Shown: positions 47,101 through 57,371 of the stretch, one piece after another | Numbering within the stretch: the first letter of the stretch is position 1 | Layout of the letters: every line of letters begins with the position of its first letter | From: Chrysemys picta bellii | Taxonomy: Eukaryota | Length of the DNA stretch: 64,000 nt | Assembly: GCF_011386835.1 (NCBI RefSeq) | Contig: NC_088806.1 | Coordinates: 27,156,001-27,220,000, forward strand | Reading direction: 5' to 3' | Notes under the pieces: model-generated | Told to the model about the DNA's origin: nothing | Seen by the model: only the letters and a program-made list of their open reading frames with translations | Database searches by the model: none | Program-made: the position numbers and the translations under genes

Positions 47101-50100
47101 GCCTCTTCAGTTAGAAGGCAGAGTAGATACTCCTATTAGGGGAGCCTCCTTTCACTCTGTCTCCTGTGTTTATTCCCTTATCCATATCTCATACTTTGCA
47201 GACAGTAGGAAATCTACCTAAGAGGGACTATTGGCTTTCTTTGGCTAGTAGGTTATATATGGCCTTCAGATCTGAATGTTTCAGAGTATACCCCTAAAGC
47301 AGCATCAGGACAGATCTGTGCTTAAATAAGACCTCTAAGGGAAACTCAGGATTTTATTGGTGGCTCTTTTTCCTCAGAGCCAGTACAGATTCTGGGCGTC
47401 AGCTTAGCATTAGGGGGCACTGTATTACTGGAGCTGCCATCTTTTGGGTGAGACAAAAATCAGTCTTGACTACACATGCTTGTTAATCCCCTGGCATTTT
47501 TGTGAGAGACAGGATGTTAGTCTTGAATCCTGGCCAGATATCTTTTTGGGTAACTCCACTTTACCTCCCTAAATTCCTTTTTCAGTTTCAGTTGGATACC
47601 GTATTTTTCACTTCCTGTGGCTGTATAGCTGTTAAACTGCTGTAAGCTTTCGACCAGAGGATGTTGCATCCATGAGGGTGTGTTTATCTGTAACCTTTCT
47701 AAGTCTATGTAGCCCCCATCATTCTAGTAAGTGAGCATTTTCCAAGTACTTTAAAATGGAAATAGCATCACTCTTACTTTTCAGCCTGTAGGACAAATGG
47801 TTTGACACTTTATCAGATTTGTCTTTGTATGTGCGAGTGCATGACTCACTGAAGGGAAGCTAGTCAAATAAACCTTTTTGGCATTTAATTCTGATTGTGC
47901 TGAGGCTTGTGGTTTCTAGCTGATGTAAGAAATTCTAGGTTAAGCTCCTGTGAAAGTTCTGTTTTCTGCATTCACGAGCCTCTCCTGACTGGCAGGCAAG
48001 TAGTTGTCCCTGGAGGTCTCTTAGGTAGCTTTTGCAAGACCAATGGAAGGCTTTGACTGTCAGGACATATTCTGAACTGAATCTCTATTCAGTGAGGAGC
48101 CATTGCAGAGAACAGAGCACTGGGATGATGTAGACAGAGACCTGCATTGTTCAGCTCACAAGCTGCTATCTTTTGTACTAGGTGAAATGCTATAAGGGTC
48201 TTTGGCTTCATTTTTAGATGTGAGTTGCAATAATCCAGCCTGGAGATCATGAATGTGTGGATTGCTGCGGCCAAGTCTTTGTTTGACAGGAATGGGCACA
48301 GTCTTCTAATCAGCCACCGATGGAATTGTTGTATGCTATGTTGTAGCTGTGTGGGTCCCAGGGTGAGTGAGGGAATATCTTTTATTGGACCAACTTGTGT
48401 TGGTGAGAGAGACAAGCTTTCGAACTACACAGTTAGCTGTGATACTCTAGTACCTTTCCCAGACCCAAAGAAGAGCTCTGTGGTAGCACGAAAGCTTGTC
48501 TCTCTCACCAACACAAGTTGGTCCAATAAAAGATATTCCCTTATCCACCTTGTCTCACAGATGGAAGTGGACATTTTCTGGCATGGTTACTTGGGCATCC
48601 AAAAGCATTGAGGAGCCCAAAAGTATCCTAAGACAATCTGAGGACAGTTGCCCTCAATAGTGGGGGAATATTCTAATAGAGGCAAGTACTTCAGCATACT
48701 TCCCTCTTCCTACCAGCCTCAACCTCACTTGGGTTCAGCTTTAGCCAGCTAATCTATCTAGGTGCTGATTTCAACCAAGTATTGAGTAAGCTTGGAGACA
48801 TTACTGTTTGCATTTGACATAAAGGAGATATAGAGATGGCTATTTCAGTACTGCTGACACTTCAGCCCAAGTTGTCTCACCAACTTTTTTAACAGCTTCT
48901 TATAGATATTATTGGTAAAGTCGTGGGAAGAAGATAGAGCCTGTGGAACTCTCCAGGTGAAGGCTTTTGGCGGTAGAGGAAGAGTGTCCCATAATAATCC
49001 TCTGGGTTTAGTTTTAGGGGAAGAATCTGAGTTGTCCTAGGAGTGTCTGTTCCCACTTCAGCTTCTTGGAGATGGGGCAGGAATCTTTGGTGATGAGCCA
49101 GTATTAGATACCCGAGACCGGTCCCTCAGAATTATGGATGTACTTCCTTTGTCCACAACCAGGTAATCTTCCAGTGCAGAAAGTTCTGTCTCTTCACCAG
49201 GTCCTGGCTATGAGGGATCAAGGATACTGGCATGTAACAGGTAACATTGGAGACTGACTAGCTGCTAGATTAGTTTGCTTAGGAAAAGGGGATCAGACAC
49301 TGAAGTCTTTGGTGTCAAGCAGTGGTTTATTCTAATGTTGGTTGGCATATTGCCTGGGTTAGAGTGCATGGTAGAGTTTTCTACGTTTTAGAATTGAGCA
49401 GGATCCCAAGAATTTTCAGGCCTGGGGCTTGGTTGTGATGGTTTCTTGCCTTGTGACAGAAAGCTTTTTTCCCTACCTGGAGGTCAGACATGAGTGTGTG
49501 TGTCATACTCATTCCATGGTGTGGCTGTGTATGCTTGCATCCAAAAATTACCTGCGGTGGAAAGTTTGAATAGGAGACATTGGGTGATTGTTTTAGTGAC
49601 GTGATCATCCATATAAATGTTGAAATCTGTCAAGATGATGAGTCTTCCGACTTTCATCACCAGGTTAGTATAGTCTCTCTTCTTGCAGATGAAGCGGACT
49701 TTAGCTTCAGAATGCTTCTCCTACTTTTTAGCCAGGAGGGGAGTAGATTGGCTACTTCATCTCCAGATTTGTCCTTCGTCATGCTGTGCTGAAGAGAGTA
49801 TAAGGGGGAGAGGAGCAAAGAAGCAAGGGAAGATGACACTGAAACTGCTGCATCAGGTTTCTGTGATGTAGTTCAGGCTTGGCAGCTCATCAGTGAGACG
49901 TCCATGGATAGTGAAGGACTTATTGATCACTCATCTTGAACTTATGAGTCTGAGATCCTGAAGTTTGTAGGTTTGTTTTGTTTGGCCCATGTGAAATATC
50001 TGTTTGCTGACTGCAACCGATTGACTGTAGTTGTTTAGTCATCTTCCCCATACACTGGAATTTTCTTTGTTCACTTCTTCCTGTTGGGGAGGTCCACAGG

Positions 50101-53100
50101 TGTGTAGTAGGCCTAATTGACAGTGTTGCTATTCTTATGATGTGCCAGATGTCTAGAAAGTGGCAGACTGCTCAACTCCCCAGGTGAGTGAGGTAATATC
50201 TTTTATTGGACTGACACGGTTGCAACAACATGGCATACAACTCCCCAAGGGTCAGAATTAAGGTGAATTGTTAGGTATCGCTTGTATACCAGTTGGAAAA
50301 ACACTTTGGGATTCTCTGGGTTGAAAGGTGCTCTCTAAATGTAAGAGAAATTTACTAAGAGGTCTTCAGTGCTGTGCCAGACCCCTGTACTTTGCTGAAT
50401 GGCAGAAGCTCCCCCTGCAGCTGTGAAATCTGGGTCCTGCCTACTTGCTGCTCTTCTGAAACATCACCACTGTTGGGAATTCTTTCACAAAATAAAATTA
50501 TCAGGGCCATGGGAAGTCTTGAAATGAAGCCAGATTTAAGAATTTTTCTGCAGAGGTGTCTGCATCCTGCGGGTGTGAGCCTTTCAGTCCAACAGTGGTG
50601 GTTCCTGTTTTAGGGGATATTACATATGGCATGGCATGGTTTCTAGGAGGATCCTGAGTTGTACTGTCTGAGTTTCCTCGTGAGTAAAAATATATGCAAA
50701 TGCTGATATTTCTTCCGTGACTATCTTGTGGTGACTCTGCAAAGAGGAGGACAGTAAATTCTAAACTGGATGTCGACAATAAAAAAACCCTTTTTTGTGC
50801 AGACAATTAGGGGTTTTCCCCAGCAAAAAAACAAGAGCCAACTTGTTCGGTTTTACTTCTCTATTGTTCCAGGGTAAACGCTGTTTGTCCTGGCTTATCT
50901 GTTATAACTCATGGAGAAAGGCCACAAAATGAAACCCTCCCCTTGCACATGGGAGTTCATGGTTTGAAAATGTTTCTCTGATAGTAAGAAACTCTCCACT
51001 TCCAAAGCAAAGGTTGCAGGGGCTTACACTGTTTAGACATCTATAGGGGAGCTGAACTTTCAGTTACTAAGATGTCTAAGAACAGCAGGCTTGTTGTGCT
51101 GGTGACCTGGGCGTGTCAGTCATGCCATCCCTCTGTTTCTTCTGTGATGGCTGGAGGTAGGAATGTGCAAGACTCCTGTGCACCCCTGTAGGGTGTTCTC
51201 CTCATCCCCTCCTGTGGAGCTGGGATTTTATTACATTTGCAGCCGTTGCTTTGGACCTGAAGTGCACCATTGCTGCTAGGACAATTTAAAAAGGGAAGAC
51301 TCTTTAGGCTACTATAATCCCAGTGACAAACCAGAGAGCCCGTACTCATGGCTGATCTGAAACTCCAGCATTTGCAGACTTTTCCTCTGGTTTTTCTCCT
51401 TTGCTCTCACTTGGCACTTGGGGGGGGGGGGGGGGGGGGGGAAGGTGCTGAAATCCTGCGTCCTGGCTCTACATTGCACCTCCCTACATTCAGACCTTCA
51501 GGTATAAATCTCTGCTCAGAAAGTATTGTCGTAAACCACATGCAAAACACACTCTCCTGACAGGCCAACCATGATGATTGATGAAGTGAGTGTCAGTACA
51601 AACATCTAACATTATTTGCACAAGAAACCTGAAGTCACTTAGATCTTGGACCAAGTTTCTTTGGCATGTAATATTTATAGGCTGACTTTGCCATTCAAAG
51701 CAAAAACAGTCAGAGGTTAAGTTATCTATGGTGCAGTCATAGGGTTGCCTGTGGATACATAGTTGCTCTCCTTGTGTTTTATGGGGCTTTATACAGAACA
51801 GCCAAGGGTGCAGATAGGTACCACTCAGACCCCCCCCACCCTAGTGGCAGTACATAGCTCTAGCAGTTTGAGAGTTGTCGCCCCTTGCACTTCCTCTGAT
51901 TCTCTGTGGATTGTAGCCTCCTGACTTCCCCACCTTCTCTTCTGTAGGAATTATAGTCCTCCTCTCACTACCTCCTGCCATATTTTTGGTGACCCAGGGC
52001 TACCAAAATGCCCATCTGGGTAAAACAGGTATCTCTTCCCCGCCCCCCAGTGGCAACTGCTTTAGCATAGTGAATCCTGCTAGATCTTTAGGGCTGTTAC
52101 CGTTCCTTAGTTTGAATCTGAGAGATTTCTCAGACTCCTTACTATGTGGAGACAAATCATGGGAACCAGCAAAGACTTCCCAACTTGTCTCTGAAAATGT
52201 AGTCTTACATTTTACAAGGTGAACCTAGCAGTGCAGAAGGCAAATGTTGCTTAGCCTTTGGCATTAAAGGTGCCACATCAGTGTAATAAGATCCTGCAAC
52301 AGGAGGACAAGGGAAAACTTTAAATATGGAACAAATTGTTGACTGCCATAGACACCATTCAGACGTTCTCAGGAGAATTCTAGGGTCTGCCAACTTCTTG
52401 ACCTAATATGAGTCTTTGAGATCATCCAGGCTACCTGTTTGTGTCCCAATGCCTGGCATCCTTTGTACATAGGGAGAAGAGACTGGGATCTAGCATTCTC
52501 CTGACTGTAGAGGAAGCACAGTGTTTCCTCTGATTTCTTTCTCTAGTGGAACAGCCTCTCTCACTGTCTTCTGCCCCCGGAGTGAAATTTACTTATTAAC
52601 GGAACAGCTCTTAGCTGCCTGTTTCCTAGATACTGTTAAAAGGGTTGTTTAGCCAAGTTTTATTTGGCTCAGAAATCACCAGTCAGCACAAACATCCCGT
52701 GAGTGCCTACAGCTGCTTGCTGAGTAGGAAGTGGGTCCTTTGCTCCAGCAAAAGCCTCTGAGTAGTGGAGGCACGTAGCTCAGTTTAGGAGATGATGTGC
52801 AGACTGAGAAATGTGAGTATTACAAGGGCGTTAGTTGCAGGGAAAGTTTCCATAGATGATGGCCAGGAGAGCCAGCCAGGTTTGATTAGGGATTGCTCTG
52901 GTCTCTTTTCAGCATGTTTCTCTTTCTCTCTTTGTAGGGGTCTTGGGCAGGTTATAACTGACTATGTCCATGGGGAGACATCTATTAAACTGGCCAATAC
53001 AGGTCTGTATGTACTCTCAGCTGTGACCTTTGCAGGCCTCTGCTACTTCAACTATCATGATGTGGGTATCTGCAAGGCTGTGGCTATGCTGTGGAGCCTC

Positions 53101-53103
53101 TGA
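41199..53103 (+). CDS. SDHD: Succinate dehydrogenase cytochrome b small subunit, 156 aa, 4 exons
   Basis: Exons 41199-41253, 43051-43155, 46713-46857 and 52938-53103; 471 nt in frame. [60 protein letters not shown]...[22 protein letters not shown]. Confidence 0.96.
41714..42251. mobile_element. Non-autonomous hAT (Charlie-like) transposon in SDHD intron 1
   Basis: TIRs cagtggttctcagcc / ggttgagagcaactg; 8-bp flanks ctctaaac / ctctaagc (7 of 8 match). Confidence 0.75.
41774..41942. mobile_element. Tc1/mariner-type MITE nested in the hAT element
   Basis: TIRs cctctaccccaacgtaac / gttatatcggggtagagg, flanked by TA on both sides. Confidence 0.65.
44155..44638. mobile_element. hAT-like element fragment with G-rich internal repeats
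   Basis: Ends gtttggggacctctg (hAT TIR-like); interior is made of ggggctggagct-type repeats; left end degenerate. Confidence 0.45.
45570..45725 (-). mobile_element. MIR/CORE-type SINE remnant
   Basis: cattatcccatatcacaggtggaaaactaaggcacaaag...ttgggtcacacag. Confidence 0.5.
46119..46539 (+). mobile_element. 5'-truncated CR1 LINE (end of ORF2 plus 3' UTR)
   Basis: ttcaaaaaagaattagataagtttatggaggataggtccatt (CR1 ORF2 C-terminus [10 protein letters not shown]) and terminal ttcttctgttcttatg repeat. Confidence 0.75.
47295..47670 (+). mobile_element. AmnSINE1-like ancient SINE in SDHD intron 3
   Basis: Deu-domain-like gggggcactgtattactggagctgccatctttt...taatcccctggcatttttgtgagagacaggatgttagtc...cctggcca; similar to 32000-32405. 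Confidence 0.55.
48060..49340 (-). mobile_element. Degraded L2-clade LINE reverse-transcriptase remnant, antisense in SDHD intron 3
   Basis: Minus-strand translations give [14 protein letters not shown]...LVQKIAA (ORF 48089-48415), a GVPQGS-like segment near 48950 and an SDPLFLSKL segment near 49300; frameshifts and stops are present. Confidence 0.65.
48338..48556. mobile_element. Penelope-derived inverted-repeat element inserted in the L2 remnant
   Basis: Perfect 53-bp inverted repeat (48370-48422 / 48489-48541) around a 66-nt spacer containing a degenerate hammerhead core. Confidence 0.65.
51420..51441 (+). repeat. Poly-G tract (22 G)
   Basis: Direct count of the run. Confidence 0.9.
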
Positions 53104-53658
53104 GATGCAACCAAACTGCTGGCAAAACATGATTGTTCACTGCTGCCTCTGCTTCATCATATTGTTACTAAATCATTCAATGAGAGAAAAACAGTAATTA
53201 AGAGTACATAGTGCATGGGTAGAAATCCCAATGCCGAGTCATCTAGAAATCTACAATTTGAGCTGGCTCCTTATTGCAAAAACCAATATCAGTAGCAAAA
53301 AATGGGCTGGAAGTGGGGTTCTGCCAGAAGAGAAGAGTTAGGCTGATGTGAACTGGATTCAGACAAGAGTGAACTAATGAAGCTGCAGTGTAATTGGGGG
53401 TGAATTAGTAGTTTATTGTATCAGGAACAATCTTGGATGGCTGCAACTCATTTTTCTCTTTCAGTGGCTGCACTGTTTAGATTGTTGCAATGTAATTACT
53501 GTTTAATTTCCCATTTTGTAAAATGAATTTGGCTGTGGGAAGGTTCAACCTTTGTTTCTAATGTTACAATTAGTGAATTGTACACAAGGTGCCTCACATA
53601 ATGTTCTGAGTGGGCCCTGAGAGTCAGTGTGAAAAAAGAAGACTTTTTGTTAATCTAC

Positions 53659-53664
53659 AATAAA
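53659..53664 (+). terminator. Likely SDHD poly(A) signal
   Basis: AATAAA about 555 nt after the stop, followed by a GT-rich downstream tract (gggtgtgtgtgtgtg). Confidence 0.6.
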
Positions 53665-55280
53665 GAATTTACAAACGTTGGGTGTGTGTGTGTGATTCTG
53701 GCAGTCATTTTTATCTTCCATAAACAGTTAAAATTTTCTCACCACTCTTTATCTTGAAGAAGGTATTATTTTAGGAAGAAGACCTTGTTTATGCAATGTT
53801 TTGAATAGATCCAGTGCTGAATAAGTGCTGATGGGGAGATTATCTTCTGTTTAGAAACCATTCTAGACACAGAAGGAAAGAATGTTTCAGTGCAACTTAA
53901 TTTGCAGGACTTATGAGCTGCATGCGGTTTAACGGTTCAAATGGAAATTGTCTGTTTCTGCCAGCAGCGTTCTCTCTAATGGAGAAAATACAACCGACCC
54001 ACCTACCCGCTTTTCCTGAGTGCTGCCTGTGTGATTCCACAGGGGACCGACAGTGTTGAATTCAAACAGCAAATAATTCATCACTATCTGCTTCTTGGTT
54101 AACTCTTTGGTTTCATTCCAAAATTCCTTCCTCTTCGGGAATTTTTTTTGCAAGTCACCTTGACATTATTCTACATTGGCATGTAATTTAAATGGCTACA
54201 TCATTGACTTTCTGATGCCAGGAACTGTCAAGGGTGTGGTGTCCTGGGCAACAAAACCTTCCCATTTTTTTTGTTACATTTGTGTCTGTTCAATAACCTG
54301 TTCAAATTATCCTGTCTGTAAATCGCTCTAAATGTATTCGGAACTTATTATAATTGTAGCTTGTATAGTTTTCCTCTTCCATAATCATCAAAGCATATTT
54401 ATAGGGTCACTGATAGCGGCACTCCAGTTTGAGGGTTCACCTCAAACTGCTGCTTCCAGCACAGAACATCTCTGTTTAGCTAAAACTTCAAGTAAAAATT
54501 ATTTCTGCCTTAGTAAACCCAGCAAAGCGAGTTATAACAAAAATAAAGTTGGTATGGTCTGGCTTTAAAAAGCCCCTTGAAAACAAAGCATTTGATATAA
54601 AGGAAAATATTTTCCAAAACCTTTGACACAAATGTTTTGATAATGGAAATAAATGTCCAGTATCACTCAGAAATGGGTGGGGAGTTCATCATAATATAAT
54701 GCTAAAATGGCACTTTGTTCTTAATAAAATATAAAAGGGTGTGAGATGGCCACTCCTCTAGTAACACTTCCCTGTGTGATTTCTTGTCTGACGCTTTATT
54801 TAAAACAAAAAAACAAACAAACTCCAACCTATGTGAAGAGGGGCCATATTCTGCCATCTTATGTGGATTTCAAACTCTCTGCAAAATCATACTTATTTCT
54901 TTGTTAATAAATAGGAAAGTGATCTCCTCTGACTTCCATGCTCATTGTGGCCATGTAGAGGTTTTCAAAGCCCAGGTTAATAGAAGGCAGGGGGCATTTA
55001 TACAAGACTTTTCAAGGAAGAAAATTGGCTACATTTATTTTTACTGTCAGTCTCGTTAACTAATAATTGGAAATATGAAGTTGTTTCATGTTACCCAAGA
55101 TGGTTTTAAATTTTTAATTCCTTTCTTGACTACTAAGATTTACACAAGGTCTAAATCTCATTTGTTTTAGAATCTACTCAGCATTTTAGGGTAGTGTCAG
55201 GATAAGAATTCAGATATGGATGTTCCTGTGTGAAATAGAGTGATTGCTGCTGGCTGCCTGTCAGCATAACAACAGCAAGG

Positions 55281-55412
55281 AGTGACTGAAGAAGTGAGGT
55301 TTTTTACCCACAAAAGCTTATGCCCAAATAAATCTGTTAGTCTTTAAGGTGCCACCGGACTCCTTGTTGTTCTTGTGGATACAGACTAACAAGGCTACCC
55401 CCTGATACTTGT
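55281..55412 (+). mobile_element. Penelope-derived short repeat with a decayed hammerhead core
   Basis: ctgaagaagtgaggttttttacccacaaaagcttatgccc...ctgttagtctttaaggtgccaccggactcc...gatacagactaacaaggctaccccctgatacttg. Confidence 0.65.
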
Positions 55413-55772
55413 CAGTATAATGGCTTCCTGCTTGGAAGGATGCAATAGACCTAGAAATGAGTCATCTGTAGTCATTTATGGGATCTTTGCCAACTGTTGC
55501 ACAATAAACATTTGAATGATAATGGGCCCCAGCTGCGTTCTTGAGGCTGGTGTGAAAGATAGGGGTGAGAGCCTGCTCTGAATTGATTCACACTCACTGT
55601 CCCCCATAGGTGTAGTTTGACTTCTATATTTGGGGGGTGCAGCTCCAGTCACACTAGTGGAGCCATGCATGGAGGGGCAAATTCCATGCCTGCGGTTTGG
55701 GGGGGGAGCAACTCCCCCACTCCATTAGATGCAAATTTCTAGCCTTTTATAAAGTGGTGGTTTTGTTACTAA

Positions 55773-55976
55773 GGGCTTGTCTACACTGGCACTTTATAGC
55801 GCTGAAACTTTCTCGCTCAGGGGTGTGAAAAAACACACCCCTGAACGCAGCAAGTTTCAGCGCTGTAAAGCGCCAGTGCACCAGCGCTGGCAGTCACCCC
55901 CTTCATGGAGGTGGGTTTTTTAGAGCTCTCTCCCAGTGCTCTGCTGTGACTACACAAGCCCAGTGTAGACTAGCCC
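55773..55976. mobile_element. PIF/Harbinger-type MITE
   Basis: 17-bp TIRs gggcttgtctacactgg / ccagtgtagactagccc; TAA target-site duplication at 55770-55772 and 55977-55979; internal hairpin agcgctgaaac...gtttcagcgct. Confidence 0.85.
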
Positions 55977-57371
55977 TAAGTAGTGGAGGTGGTGCTGCAG
56001 CCTAGCCCTGTCTCCCTCCGTGTGATCACAGGTGTGTCAGAAGTGTACTCCAAAGACAACTGGGTCTGGGCTGAGGCTAGTCCCAGTTTCTAGCTCTTTG
56101 GTGTAGAGTTTACATTCAGCTTCAGCCCTCTTGTCTAACCCCTTCCTCAGGATGTGGCACTCTGCAGTCCAGCTGCCTCAGACCTTGCACCTGTGTCTCA
56201 GACTTCCCACCGTTTTCACACCCTCCCTCCCCCACTTCTACCTAGCTGTGGGCACTCTGCATGCTAGTTTAACCCTTTTGGGGACAGTGTGATAGGAAAG
56301 CAAGGAGCACAGGCTTAGCCAAGAAGTTTCTTAACAGTCAACGCTCTTATAAAGCACCAGAGAGCTAGTAAAATAAAAGTCCTGAGATGCCTCCTCCCGT
56401 AACTGGACCTCCACCCTTCTGGGAGTCTGAGGTTGGGACAGCATTTAGCCTAGGCAGGGTCCCTCCTGCTGATATATGGTGATGGACAGCCCACCTTTTT
56501 CAGGCTATGTCTAACTGTGAGCTAGGTAGCTTGAGGAGTGTTAGCTAGGGTAGCAGGGCTGAGTACGTACCTGTGGGTTTCAGGAGTGTTTGTACACAGC
56601 ATGGCTAAGACATGCTGCTGCTGCGCTACTTATTTGTACTTGTGTGTTAGCTTTGGCAAGTATTGGGAAATCACACCCCTACCTTGTAGGGGAGATGTAG
56701 CCTCTGATAACACCCCCTTTTTAAATACAGTTTCTTCCCCTTTAGCTATGTGCCTAGGCTGCCAAGGTTAGCCATGTGGTCAGCTCCTAGTACAAAACGG
56801 AGTCTGTCGGACCCAGACCGAGACCCATCCTGTTATGGCACAGATGGTTAGAAAGACTGTGAGTCTTCCTCATCAGAGTCTGCAAAACCTACTTCAGTTT
56901 TAAATGCTGTGATAGAGGGAGACACAAATGGACACTTGGTTAAAAAAAAATCAAAGGTTCATTTAATTCCAAATTTAATACTTAATTCAAAAAGTTGGCA
57001 ATGACAATCTTATGCAAAGACTAGCTTTTTTTGGAGAAGGCATTGTGGTAAATAGCAGCCTTACCATAGAAGCCCTGCTGTAATTAGTAACAGACATTAA
57101 TCTCTCTGATTATAGAATTCCTAAGCTCCATGTCCACCAATTTATTTTGTTTCTATATTTGCTCTCAGCTGCAGCTAAGAATTGAAAAGTATCAATCCTG
57201 GAGCCAATAAACTCAGCACAGACCCTGAGGAACTTAACTCAGTGTCCAGAGGCTGTGTGTTTGAGTGGTTACAGAGAAGGGTTACACAGTTTAGCATAGA
57301 GATAGTAATAAAAGTTGTATAAAAATGGCCAAGAAATTGCTTGTGTATGATACATTATCAAATCAGTTTAT

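Noticed and set aside
48089-48415. Independent nested gene in SDHD intron 3
   Set aside because: It is a chimera of Penelope-repeat sequence and decayed L2 reverse transcriptase.
55990-56720. Possible LTR or MITE remnants between SDHD and IL18 (similar sequence at about 51760-52070)
   Set aside because: Termini and target-site duplications could not be defined by eye.
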